Positions 9,323 through 19,091 of a stretch of DNA of 64,000 nucleotides are shown in pieces. Origin of the DNA: a bacterium. GTDB taxonomy: Bacteria; Electryoneota; Electryoneia; Electryoneales; Electryoneaceae. The DNA lies in the NCBI GenBank assembly GCA_963669175.1, contig OY769902.1, positions 3,264,001-3,328,000 of the forward strand, given 5' to 3'. The notes below the pieces were generated by a model. That model did not search any database. It was not told where the DNA came from and worked only from the letters and a program-made list of their open reading frames with translations. Each line of letters opens with the position of its first letter. The first letter of the stretch is position 1. The translations under genes were made by a program, and so were the position numbers.

Positions 9323-9358
9323 AAAACGCCGCTTCAAGGTAGAGCATTGAAGCGGCGT
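9323..9358 (-). terminator. Intrinsic terminator
   Basis: 12-bp stem ACGCCGCTTCAA/TTGAAGCGGCGT with TTTT on the minus strand. Confidence 0.65.
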
Positions 9359-9386
9359 CGGCAATAATGAATTCGGCCACAGGGGT

Positions 9387-10634
9387 CTATTTGAGCAGCA
9401 CAAGTTTTATCATGCTGACCGGATATGAATCCAGGGACAACTCTGCGAAGTATATCCCGTTCGCACAGTTTTCAAGTTCAATTGGAAGAACATAGTCACC
9501 GGCCGGTGAGCTGAATTGAGCATGGCTATACACTTCTCGTCCAAGGATATCAAACACCCGGATCTGAATGGATGCTTGTTCTGCCAGGCTGAAACGAATC
9601 TGTGTGGTTGAGTTAAACGGGTTCGGATGGGCGCTTACGGCAAACTCAAATGGGATTTCAGTATCCGGTTCTTTGGCCCCATGCATGGGGAGATCACAGG
9701 TCTCGTACGCGCCTTCACGGGTACAGGCGATAACATTGTAGCAATCGATAAAGCCATTGTAGGAAAAACTGTTGATCGAAGTGTTTGGCAGGTTTTCGTT
9801 CAAGGGCGTCAATGCAACTTGATCTGGCGCAAAACAATATGCGCCTGCGTAATCACCATATGGTTCGCTGAACCCAATAAATATGTAATCGAAATAGGAG
9901 GCAACACAGGAAATATTAAAAGCATAGAATTCATTCTGCCAGTATTCACCATTGTTGTCTGAATACCACAGACCAGCAGAACGTGAACCGTCATCCAGGG
10001 CCGCCCATAGTCTGCCGGTCCAGTCATAGGTGAGGGCGCTGAACTGGTTGCTGGTATAATAGAGCCAGTCTTCTCCATCATTACTCGAATGTGCGATCCA
10101 AGACTGGTTTCCCTGGGATACTACCATGGCTATCTGGTTTTGGTAACACGTCATGGCATGGCAGGAGTAGTCGGAAAAACTTGGTGAAGAGTCCCAGTCA
10201 ACACCGTTATCTGATAAGACCAGACCTTCAGCGCCGCCAACATAGTAGCGGTTGTTGTGTTTTTCCAGAAACCGTGGTCTCGCAATGTAATACTGTACCC
10301 TGTATTCGTTGGATATCCGGTCAAAGATGTATATCCCGTCCGAATCGGAATCATCTCCCATAATAACCAGCACATTGTCTTCATTCAGTACAATCGCATC
10401 ACGGACAAGCAGACCAAAGGAATAGCAGTTCCATTGGTTATGTTCGAAGAGGTAAAGGCCCTGGTTGACACAAAGAACATCGAGTTCTGCCCCGTCTTCG
10501 CTGGTAGGAACATACAGGACATCCAGTGAATCCGGACCTAACAGGGACCATGCAAAAACTTGACCTGAAATCAGGAATAGACATAAAAGGACAGCAAAGC
10601 GGAAAATAGGAAGTAACTTTGCCTGTGACTTCAT
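9387..10634 (-). CDS. Secreted beta-propeller (BNR/Asp-box) protein with T9SS C-terminal domain
   Basis: Asp-boxes SDNGVDW, SNDGEDW, SDNNGEYW; CTD 'HPNPFN...FDILGR'; start MKSQAK after GGAGG. Confidence 0.8.
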   Translation of the reverse strand: MKSQAKLLPIFRFAVLLCLFLISGQVFAWSLLGPDSLDVLYVPTSEDGAELDVLCVNQGLYLFEHNQWNCYSFGLLVRDAIVLNEDNVLVIMGDDSDSDGIYIFDRISNEYRVQYYIARPRFLEKHNNRYYVGGAEGLVLSDNGVDWDSSPSFSDYSCHAMTCYQNQIAMVVSQGNQSWIAHSSNDGEDWLYYTSNQFSALTYDWTGRLWAALDDGSRSAGLWYSDNNGEYWQNEFYAFNISCVASYFDYIFIGFSEPYGDYAGAYCFAPDQVALTPLNENLPNTSINSFSYNGFIDCYNVIACTREGAYETCDLPMHGAKEPDTEIPFEFAVSAHPNPFNSTTQIRFSLAEQASIQIRVFDILGREVYSHAQFSSPAGDYVLPIELENCANGIYFAELSLDSYPVSMIKLVLLK

Positions 10635-10840
10635 GACGTCCTCCACAGTAATCGGCTCCGAAAACAATGCGTCTATGAACCATCAGGCTCCCCACCCTAT
10701 AAAATAAACTGCATTTAAAACTGATTGTCAGTCAATAGTCAACCGGAGCTAACTCGAAAAATTTTCTACAACTTCACTCTCCCGGAACACAGAAAACCTT
10801 GTTGGAAAACTGTATCTTCCCAGTTCACAGGGAGGCGTAC

Positions 10841-11953
10841 ATGAGATTGGCAGTTTACATCACCGGACATGGTTTGGGGCATTTGACGCGAAGCATGGAA
10901 GTGATGCGCTTTATCCGTTCAAAAGCGCCGAAGATAGAACTGCATATCCGAGCTCCTTATAAGAAAGAGACCGTGATTGGCAGCCTGGGTTTTGAGCCAG
11001 ACAGTCACACTCCTGTCCGTATGGACATCGGAATGATTCAACATGATGCTATTTCTGCTGATATGGAGGCGACACAACAGAGACTGGAGTATTATTTCGG
11101 GCAGAAAGGCGCAGGGATTGTTGAAGAGGAAGCCGATTGGTTGATTGACAAGGAGATCGATGCTGCCTACCTGGATATCCCGCCTCGTCCTTTCGATGCC
11201 TGCCGAATTGCTGATGTTCCGGCATTTGCGATGACAAATTTCAGTTGGGATTTTATCTGGTCCGGATTGGCGGAACACTGGGGGGGATTCAGCTCATTTG
11301 CTGATCGCGCAAGAGAAGCTTATGGATCGTGCAGGAAGCTATACCGGACGAAGATGAATGCTGATTTGAGTGCATTCCCTGAAGTGGAAGATGTTCCACT
11401 TGTGGCACGTTTATCCGACAAAGATCCAGCACAGGTCCGGAAGGCGCTGGGGATAGATTCGAAAAAGCCGGTTGTGATACTGTCTTACGGTGGTGTCGGA
11501 ATGAATGGCATCAAGCTTCCCACTTCAGACCTGCACAGAGATTTTCAATTCATTGTTACGGAGCCCATGAAGAATCCAGGCGACCCGTTTCTCTATATCA
11601 GCGAAGCTGAACTTTGTATCCTTGGAATCAGGTATTGCGATCTTGTGCATATGGCTGATGTGGTCATGAGTAAACCTGGATACAGTACCGTTTCTGAATG
11701 TGTAGGGAACCTGACAGCGCTGGTTTACACAGAACGACTGGATCATTTTGCCGAGTATCCGATTGTTGTGGAGTATATCAAGCAACAGCTACCGTATGCA
11801 TTCCTTCCATCCGAGGATTTGTACGCCGGAAACTGGCGCTCTGCTTTGGTAACTGCCTGGGAAGCGAACGACAGGTTTGCCTTTGGCGAGGAGGCTGTGA
11901 ATGGTGCAGAAGTCGTCGCTGAGAGACTGATTTCTGAACTGGAGAGTCTGTAA
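10841..11953 (+). CDS. GT-B fold glycosyltransferase
   Basis: 'GHGLGHLTR' N-terminal motif and 'DVVMSKPGYSTVSE' C-terminal motif; RBS GGAGG before ATG 10841. Confidence 0.8.
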   Translation: MRLAVYITGHGLGHLTRSMEVMRFIRSKAPKIELHIRAPYKKETVIGSLGFEPDSHTPVRMDIGMIQHDAISADMEATQQRLEYYFGQKGAGIVEEEADWLIDKEIDAAYLDIPPRPFDACRIADVPAFAMTNFSWDFIWSGLAEHWGGFSSFADRAREAYGSCRKLYRTKMNADLSAFPEVEDVPLVARLSDKDPAQVRKALGIDSKKPVVILSYGGVGMNGIKLPTSDLHRDFQFIVTEPMKNPGDPFLYISEAELCILGIRYCDLVHMADVVMSKPGYSTVSECVGNLTALVYTERLDHFAEYPIVVEYIKQQLPYAFLPSEDLYAGNWRSALVTAWEANDRFAFGEEAVNGAEVVAERLISELESL

Positions 11954-12150
11954 CCCTTGCTTTTCTGCACTACTTGCCTATAGTTTTATATCAACCATAC
12001 AACAGGACTACATCCTTTTCAGTTGCTCACCGTCTGTTCATTTCTTTTACCGACACAAAGGAAGCATACTCTCGCGCATTGCTCTGCGTGTGTTTGACAC
12101 GTTGTGTTCAAAAAAGGTGGATACACTGTATCCAGAACGCGGAGGGCGCC

Positions 12151-13626
12151 ATGAAGAAGCTGTTACTCACCTCGGTATCATTCCTGATACTGCCTCTTAC
12201 AGGTTTCAGTCAGCCGGAAATTGACTGGATTCAGACCTACGATTTTGATTCTATTGACATGCCAAGAGTGTTGCTGGAACACCCTGATGGCGGGGTCTGG
12301 GTGATAGGGGAGACCGGTCCCAGCGCTATCGATCATGAACCGTTCATGCTGCATATTTCAGCGAATGGTACCGCTTTGGACACGATACTGTTCGAACTAA
12401 GCCCGGAATACAGAACCTACTGTTTCGCGGCATGTGAGGGATCAGATAATACGGTTGTTCTGGCATGTACGCGGCGTACTACAGTAAGGTTCTATGATCT
12501 TGTGGTTTTGAAAGTGAATGTGGATGGTGATATCGTCTGGTCAACCGCAGTCGAAGATACCATGCTTTCCACTCATGGCTTCACCATGCAACCTTCCTTC
12601 GATGGTGGTTATATCGTAGGTGGCGAATACCTGGTAGTAGGCGAACCGATATCACAAAAACATGCGTTTGCCGCGAAATTCAGTGAGAACGGTGAACAGG
12701 AATGGTCGTTTTATGACAGGGAAGACCGCTACGGAACATGCAAGAAAATTGGTGTTCTTCCTGAAGGTGATTTCGTATTGGCAGGCGACAAATATATCAA
12801 TCTTGAAGATGATAGTTACGTCTATTTCCTGGAATTGTCAAGGCGTGGCGATGTGCTGCATGCCGATCACTTGTATTTCAATGAATACTTCAGTATTTCA
12901 TTATCAGATTTTGAGTTTCTCCCGAATGGAAACCTGCTTGGCTGTGGAACAGTGTATCCGGAATCTCCCGAATCGAATAATACGCCCTGGTTGTTTGAGC
13001 TCGACCAGGATTTTCAATCGTTGTGGAGCAGGCTGTACACAGTTGATTATCCCGTGGGCATAAGTGAAATGAAGCTTCTAAGTTCAGGTAGAATAATCCT
13101 TACTGGTCCCGGAAGCGTTTTCGGATCTGATTCAACTGACTTATTTATACTGTATCTGGATTCTGAAGGAAATGAACAATGGCGGTACACCCACGATCTT
13201 GGAGACAGAGAAGCGATAACGGATATCCTTGAAATGAATGAGGAAATTCTTTTGACTGGTTCTTTCCGAATAAATACAGACTCATTGGATGTGTGGAACG
13301 GTTTCCTTTTGAAACTTAATCCCGAGCATAGCGGAAAAAAGGAGGACGATTCCATTGTTCTTCCACGAGCTTTCCGGATGTTGCCGTCCTACCCGAATCC
13401 GTTCAACCATTCAACCAATGTGCCGTTTGAGTTATATAAAAGCGGCGCGGTAACAGTGCAGGTTTATGACATTCTGGGCAGGATGATCAAGAATGACACT
13501 TTCCAGCACGGGCCGGGCAGATATACCTACGTCCTTGACCTGAAATTCGCAGCATCCGGAACCTATTTCCTGAAGATGAATGCGCTTGGAGTGCAGCAGG
13601 TACAGAGGATCATGCTGATCAAGTAG
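12151..13626 (+). CDS. Secreted beta-propeller repeat protein with T9SS C-terminal domain
   Basis: Repeats like 'LKVNVDGDIVW', 'LDSEGNEQW'; CTD 'YPNPFN...YDILGR...ASGTYF'; RBS GGAGG before MKKLLL. Confidence 0.8.
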   Translation: MKKLLLTSVSFLILPLTGFSQPEIDWIQTYDFDSIDMPRVLLEHPDGGVWVIGETGPSAIDHEPFMLHISANGTALDTILFELSPEYRTYCFAACEGSDNTVVLACTRRTTVRFYDLVVLKVNVDGDIVWSTAVEDTMLSTHGFTMQPSFDGGYIVGGEYLVVGEPISQKHAFAAKFSENGEQEWSFYDREDRYGTCKKIGVLPEGDFVLAGDKYINLEDDSYVYFLELSRRGDVLHADHLYFNEYFSISLSDFEFLPNGNLLGCGTVYPESPESNNTPWLFELDQDFQSLWSRLYTVDYPVGISEMKLLSSGRIILTGPGSVFGSDSTDLFILYLDSEGNEQWRYTHDLGDREAITDILEMNEEILLTGSFRINTDSLDVWNGFLLKLNPEHSGKKEDDSIVLPRAFRMLPSYPNPFNHSTNVPFELYKSGAVTVQVYDILGRMIKNDTFQHGPGRYTYVLDLKFAASGTYFLKMNALGVQQVQRIMLIK

Positions 13627-13645
13627 GCGGCCACTCACAAATAAT

Positions 13646-13686
13646 AAAACATCCTCCGGAAACCTGGGTTTCCGGAGGATGTTCTT
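13646..13686. terminator. Bidirectional terminator between convergent genes
   Basis: 17-bp perfect inverted repeat AACATCCTCCGGAAACC/GGTTTCCGGAGGATGTT. Confidence 0.75.
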
Positions 13687-13706
13687 GTAGAAGAAGCGGA
13701 CAAGAA

Positions 13707-14564
13707 TCAATCTTCGTGCAGGGTGAAATTTACCAATTCGTCTTTGAAAACGACAAAAACAGTATCAGAAGGAGTATTGCTTTCATCGCGAACAATTCTG
13801 GGGGATTCGGTCATGATATACTCCTGGCCGAATTCGGACACGGCAATTGTATAGATATCGTCGCCACCAAGGTTATTCGCTCCGGGTATCGTATGAGTAA
13901 TAATATGGCACAGCATCGGACCGCGCGGCGACAGAATCCCTTTACGTCCAGTCACTTGCCTCCTGATGTCATTCCTGAGAATCCAGCTATTTCCTATCTC
14001 ATAGGGGTAGCCAAAGTGCTGCGCCCAGGGGGAATCGTAACGAATGATATCGTCATCCAATTCATGGTTCTGCCATTTCCAGGGTTGGCTGTATAATTCA
14101 GCAGTCATAGGGAAGGGGAATGGGATAGCATCAGCTAGTGTGGTTGTGGGAATATCATAATTGTATATGTAGGCCAGTTCAAACAAGCCCTCCTCTGTCT
14201 GAAGTCGCCATGAATAATGCATGGGATAATAGCCACCCTGTTCTTCCCACCATATGCTTTCACGGAAACAATAGGTGCCTTCCGGGAAATCATCCAGAGG
14301 ATTTTCAATGATTTCCAGTTTGGTTAAGCTCCTCAAATCCTCTACGGGATCGAGGGCTGTCACGGCATCCTGTGACGGAAACTCATGATACAATGTTCTG
14401 TAATACCAGGTATTGCCAATGGCCAGAGGATAAGTAATATCAACGGATGGGCCCCTGGTTTCGATCGCGCCGGCGAAAGGATTGCTGCTGCCGTTGTCAT
14501 CGCATCCTGATGCAAACATCAAGAATGCCACGAGACTCCCCAACAGAAAATGATGTACACGCAT
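13707..14564 (-). CDS. Uncharacterised lipoprotein (paralogue 2)
   Basis: Start MRVHHF, lipobox FASG-C; shares NPFxGAI and YPLxIGNxW with the upstream gene. Confidence 0.75.
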   Translation of the reverse strand: MRVHHFLLGSLVAFLMFASGCDDNGSSNPFAGAIETRGPSVDITYPLAIGNTWYYRTLYHEFPSQDAVTALDPVEDLRSLTKLEIIENPLDDFPEGTYCFRESIWWEEQGGYYPMHYSWRLQTEEGLFELAYIYNYDIPTTTLADAIPFPFPMTAELYSQPWKWQNHELDDDIIRYDSPWAQHFGYPYEIGNSWILRNDIRRQVTGRKGILSPRGPMLCHIITHTIPGANNLGGDDIYTIAVSEFGQEYIMTESPRIVRDESNTPSDTVFVVFKDELVNFTLHED

Positions 14565-14604
14565 TCCACGTCCCCCTAAAAAGAGTATGTTTGCTATAGC
14601 GTTA

Positions 14605-15477
14605 TCAGTACAACTTGTAATCAACCAATACCATTTTGTACAGGTAATAATATGAATCTCCATATGGATTCTCCGGACTGGTGAAAGTAATCCAGGATTC
14701 GTACTCGTTGAATACGAGACCGACGTCGGAGATACCTTCTGTAAATCCACGATGCACCCTGGTATCGCCACCATCAAATGAATTGTAGTTTTGTATGAAA
14801 TAGCAGGGGAAATCACCAGCAGGCACTCTCACCATGTGAGCGCCGACTACCTGCTTTCGTTCATACCCACCTGCGTCAACTATCCACTGGTTGCCAATGT
14901 TATAAGGGTATTGGTATAGCAGTGATGGAGCGTAGTCTGCCTGAGGATCATCCAGTCCCAGTGAGGTCATATCTTGAGTTGATGGTGAGACATTGAGTAG
15001 TCTGTTAATCATCTTAACAGGTTTGGGAATATGCGCGCCAGGAATATCTTGGGAAGTTGAAGAAAAGACCGGGGCAATAAAATCAGCTTCATACAAGCCT
15101 TCTCTCGTCTGATATCGCCAGGAAAACGAAGTGAAGATGTAACCAAATTCTGGGGGATCAAAATAATAGGTAGTCATTATGCAGGGGAGTGTATCGCCGA
15201 AAGCGTCATGTGGCAGGTCAATCACCTCAAGCAGGAATGTGGTACTGTTTGCTTCATCACTGCAATAGGCTTCTGCTTCTTCCTCTGAATCAAATGAACC
15301 GTACCATACCCGGTATTCCCAACGGTTTCCGATCTCCAATGGCCATTGGAAGTCTGGATCGACACGAGAAGTAGTGATCGCACCGACGAAAGGATTATCG
15401 CTGTTGTCGTTGCTGCATGAAAGGCTGAGCAGGAAACACAGGGATAACAATCCAACCAGGACAAGTGATCTTCGCAA
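14605..15477 (-). CDS. Uncharacterised lipoprotein (paralogue 1)
   Basis: Probable TTG start after GGAGGGG; lipobox LSLS-C; WPLEIGNRW, YPYNIGNQW and 'VRVPAGDF' motifs. Confidence 0.75.
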   Translation of the reverse strand: MRRSLVLVGLLSLCFLLSLSCSNDNSDNPFVGAITTSRVDPDFQWPLEIGNRWEYRVWYGSFDSEEEAEAYCSDEANSTTFLLEVIDLPHDAFGDTLPCIMTTYYFDPPEFGYIFTSFSWRYQTREGLYEADFIAPVFSSTSQDIPGAHIPKPVKMINRLLNVSPSTQDMTSLGLDDPQADYAPSLLYQYPYNIGNQWIVDAGGYERKQVVGAHMVRVPAGDFPCYFIQNYNSFDGGDTRVHRGFTEGISDVGLVFNEYESWITFTSPENPYGDSYYYLYKMVLVDYKLY

Positions 15478-15611
15478 ATTCCCCTCCGCAATGTCAACTC
15501 TGTCACCTGACATGTTACATTACCTATACTGTGTTCACAAACTAGCAGTGCGTACATTCTCAAGGCAACAATGCGGTAGCAGATATTGCAGATTTTTAAA
15601 CGGAGTGCATC

Positions 15612-17495
15612 ATGCTCGCAAAGCATCTTACAAGGTTGATATTTGTTCATGTTTTGATTCTACTTGCGATTAGCGCTTCCTGGGCTGATCCTGCCGCATT
15701 ACCCTGGAACGAAGAGGCCAGGCTTCTGATGCACACTGCCTATCTTGCCAATGATGCACGTGAAGGGCGCGGTATCGGCACCGCAGGACTCGATTCGTCA
15801 GCAGCCTATATCGAGCATTGTTTCAAAGAATATGATCTCGATCCTCTTTTCGGAGATTCCTTTCGTCAGGATTTCGAAATGGGATGGGGCATTCAACCTG
15901 ATGAAGGACAGTGTTTCCTGAGACAGGGCGATACCAGGTTGAAGTTCGGGCGAAGCCTGATGCCGCTTGGATTTACCGGAAGTGGGAAACACACAGCGCC
16001 GGTTGTTTTTGTCGGGTACGGAATCACGGCTGATGAATACGAATATGATGATTATGCCGGTATTGATGTGCAGGACGCTATTGTCATTGCGCTTGATGGT
16101 GAACCGGCTGGAGATAATCCGGACAGCCGTTTTGCCGGCACTCTGCCAACCCAGTACGCTGAATGGCGGAACAAAGCCATCAACGCAAAAACGCACGGCG
16201 CTGGCGGATTCCTGCTGGTTCGTGGACTTTCAGCGGAAGGTGACGGGGATACGCTGTTCACGTTGCAGGCTGATGCACCCTACCGTGATGTTGGTATCCC
16301 CTGCGCCTTGATCACTCGGGATGGAGCCAGTGTCATGCTCCCCGAACTGAACCTTGTCGCAGCGCAACGGTCGATTGATATCAATGAAACGCCCCGTTCC
16401 ATGACCGCCAGCAAAGAGCCGGTGACCCTTTCGATAACGGTTGAACGTGAGAAAGTGCCCGTGTCCAACATCGGCGGTGTTATTCACGGCGATCCGGACC
16501 GCGTTATCATTGTCGGCGCTCATTATGATCACCTGGGGTACGGTCAGGATGGAACCACAGAACCGGGAGTGCATGCGCCGCATAATGGAGCCGATGATAA
16601 CGCCAGCGGAGTTGCTGTTCTGCTTGAAATGGCGCGTATTGAAAGCCAGCGCTGGCTGCCTTCACACCCTACACTTTGGTTTGTGTCGTTTACCGGGGAA
16701 GAGGTCGGGTTGGTGGGGTCTTCCTATTTCGTGGCGAATCCGCCACAATCCCTGGAAGCTGTCCAATTCATGTTGAATATGGATATGGTAGGTAGGATGC
16801 AGGATACTAACCTGACTGTCCTTGGTGTGAAAAGTGCTGAAGAGCTGAAGTTGATCGCTGAACAGACTGGACTGGAAACAGGACTCACTGTTGCTGCCAG
16901 TGGTGGCGGGTATGGCCCTTCTGATCAGACTTCATTTTACGCGCAGGGAATTCCTGTTTCACACCTGCTCACGACGCCACATCTCGATTATCACAGTCCA
17001 CGGGATGATGTCGATAAACTGAATGGAGCAGGCATGGTAAGAGTGCTGGATTACGCTATAAAATATATCGACAGGCTGGCAAAACCGGGAAAAAAATTGA
17101 CGTATGTGGAACAGGCCGCCCCGGAAGCATCGAAAAGCCACGGGAATCGTCCATCATTAGGCACAATTCCTGATTTCGCTCAACCGGACAGCATTCGTGG
17201 CGTGAGAATTCAGGGGGTTCGTGATGGTGGCGCTGCCGCACGTGGTGGATTGCAGGGGGGCGACGTAATTATAAGGATGGGTGATGTGGTTGTCGATAAT
17301 ATCTATGATTTTGTATTTGCGCTGGACAGCCATCAACCGAAAGATGTGGTTGAGATTGAATTCATTCGTGAAGGTCAGACAATAACAACGACTGTTGAAC
17401 TTGATGCGCCCGCGATGCGATCAGGGCATGGTGGCGGAGGCCACCCCGGCGGTTCACCCGGTGGCGGACATCCGGGGGGGACGACCGGGCAATAG
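15612..17495 (+). CDS. Secreted M28 peptidase with PA and PDZ domains
   Basis: GAHYDH, GADDNASG, GEE, NMDM, SDQ, DYH motifs; PDZ 'SLGTIPD...GLQGGDVI'; Gly/His tail. Confidence 0.9.
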   Translation: MLAKHLTRLIFVHVLILLAISASWADPAALPWNEEARLLMHTAYLANDAREGRGIGTAGLDSSAAYIEHCFKEYDLDPLFGDSFRQDFEMGWGIQPDEGQCFLRQGDTRLKFGRSLMPLGFTGSGKHTAPVVFVGYGITADEYEYDDYAGIDVQDAIVIALDGEPAGDNPDSRFAGTLPTQYAEWRNKAINAKTHGAGGFLLVRGLSAEGDGDTLFTLQADAPYRDVGIPCALITRDGASVMLPELNLVAAQRSIDINETPRSMTASKEPVTLSITVEREKVPVSNIGGVIHGDPDRVIIVGAHYDHLGYGQDGTTEPGVHAPHNGADDNASGVAVLLEMARIESQRWLPSHPTLWFVSFTGEEVGLVGSSYFVANPPQSLEAVQFMLNMDMVGRMQDTNLTVLGVKSAEELKLIAEQTGLETGLTVAASGGGYGPSDQTSFYAQGIPVSHLLTTPHLDYHSPRDDVDKLNGAGMVRVLDYAIKYIDRLAKPGKKLTYVEQAAPEASKSHGNRPSLGTIPDFAQPDSIRGVRIQGVRDGGAAARGGLQGGDVIIRMGDVVVDNIYDFVFALDSHQPKDVVEIEFIREGQTITTTVELDAPAMRSGHGGGGHPGGSPGGGHPGGTTGQ

Positions 17496-17611
17496 GAGCG
17501 TTATTTGCAGCAAAATGGCAATTACGCGAGCGAATAAACGGATAATTGCGTAGCGATTCATGTTATGATTCCTTACTTTTGCGGAAAGTTAACCGAGAGG
17601 GGAGAATCTCG

Positions 17612-18928
17612 ATGAAGGTTCTGGTGATCGGCAGTGGCGGACGTGAACATGCGCTGGCATGGAAAATTCGGCAGAGCGCTCATGTTTCCTGGTTGGGGAT
17701 TGCGCCGGGGAATGGCGGAACGACAACCGTTGGCGAAAATGTAGATGTATTCGCTGCCGGTGGCTCTGATCATTTGATTGATGCGGTAAAAGCCTATGTC
17801 GAAGCCAATGAGATCAACCTGGTCGTTGTCGGTCCGGAAGATCCCCTCGCTATGGGAATAGCAGATATCTTTGATTCGCAGAAAACATTCGTTTTCGGTC
17901 CATCCTGTGCCGCTGCTCGTCTCGAATCCGATAAGCAGTTCGCCAAGGAAGTCATGAACGAAGCAGGCATTCCAACGGCTGACTATCGTGGTTTTAACGT
18001 CGCGTCAACAGCCAAGGAATGGGTGCTGACACGTGAAGCGCCGATGGTGGTAAAGGCGACAGGGCTTGCCGCGGGAAAAGGCGTCTATGTGTGCGAGACA
18101 CGTGGGCAGGCGATTGACGCTGTCGAAGAAATTATGGAGAAGGACAAGTTCGGTGAAGCCGGGGCGCAAGTGATTATTGAGGATTGCCTTGAAGGTCCGG
18201 AAGCCAGCCTGATGGTGATAACTGATGGCGAACACTACATCACACTTCCTCCATCTCAGGATCATAAACGTGCCGGGGAGGGGGATACAGGCCCGAATAC
18301 TGGTGGCATGGGAGCTTATGCGCCAGCGCCTGTAATGACGGATGAGTTGGTGCAGCTTACCTGCGAAACGGTTATTGAACCTGTATTAAAAGCCATGCGT
18401 GATGCCGGTACGCCGTATGTTGGCGCGCTTTACGCCGGGGTGATGATCACAAAGGATGGCCCCAAGGTGCTGGAATTCAATTGCCGTTTCGGTGATCCGG
18501 AAACAGAATCTGTTCTCCCCATGCTTGGTGTTGACCTGGTTGACCTGATGCTGCTTTCGGCAACGGGGAAGATGGGGATGTTCATGGAACAGACCGGTCT
18601 GAAACCCTGGGACTGGAAACGGATCAGCCGTAAGGGATTCGCTGCTAATGTTATTTTGGCCTCTGCAGGATATCCCGGACCGTATGAGAAGGGCAAAGAA
18701 ATCACCGGACTGCCCGGCGAGACAGATGACCTGGTTGTATTTCATGCCGGGACGAAGATGGATAACGGCCGACTCCTTACCAGTGGCGGACGTGTTCTGG
18801 CAGTCAATGGCTGGGATATGACACTGGAAGGCGCATTGAAGAAAGCCTACGATGCCGCTGACAGTATTCAATTCGAAGGTAAGTATATGCGTCGGGATAT
18901 CGGCTGGCGTGAATTGAAGAAAGATTGA
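17612..18928 (+). CDS. purD: Phosphoribosylamine-glycine ligase
   Basis: MKVLVIGSGGREHALAW, QDHKR, GPNTGGMGAY, EFNCRFGDPE, TSGGRVL. Confidence 0.98.
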   Translation: MKVLVIGSGGREHALAWKIRQSAHVSWLGIAPGNGGTTTVGENVDVFAAGGSDHLIDAVKAYVEANEINLVVVGPEDPLAMGIADIFDSQKTFVFGPSCAAARLESDKQFAKEVMNEAGIPTADYRGFNVASTAKEWVLTREAPMVVKATGLAAGKGVYVCETRGQAIDAVEEIMEKDKFGEAGAQVIIEDCLEGPEASLMVITDGEHYITLPPSQDHKRAGEGDTGPNTGGMGAYAPAPVMTDELVQLTCETVIEPVLKAMRDAGTPYVGALYAGVMITKDGPKVLEFNCRFGDPETESVLPMLGVDLVDLMLLSATGKMGMFMEQTGLKPWDWKRISRKGFAANVILASAGYPGPYEKGKEITGLPGETDDLVVFHAGTKMDNGRLLTSGGRVLAVNGWDMTLEGALKKAYDAADSIQFEGKYMRRDIGWRELKKD

Positions 18929-18949
18929 GCAAACAGTGATGGAGTTTTC

Positions 18950-18991
18950 ATGTGTCAGCTTCCGTAATGATAGAGGCTGACACATTTTTTT
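18950..18991 (+). terminator. Intrinsic terminator after purD
   Basis: ATGTGTCAGC/GCTGACACAT stem followed by a T-run. Confidence 0.7.
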
Positions 18992-19091
18992 CAGGGAACA
19001 GATGGTGTATACTCACGTGCAATCTTCAACGTATATGCTTTTCAACCGAGACGCGAAGATGTTCCAAGTGATAAGAGATAGAGGATTGGTA

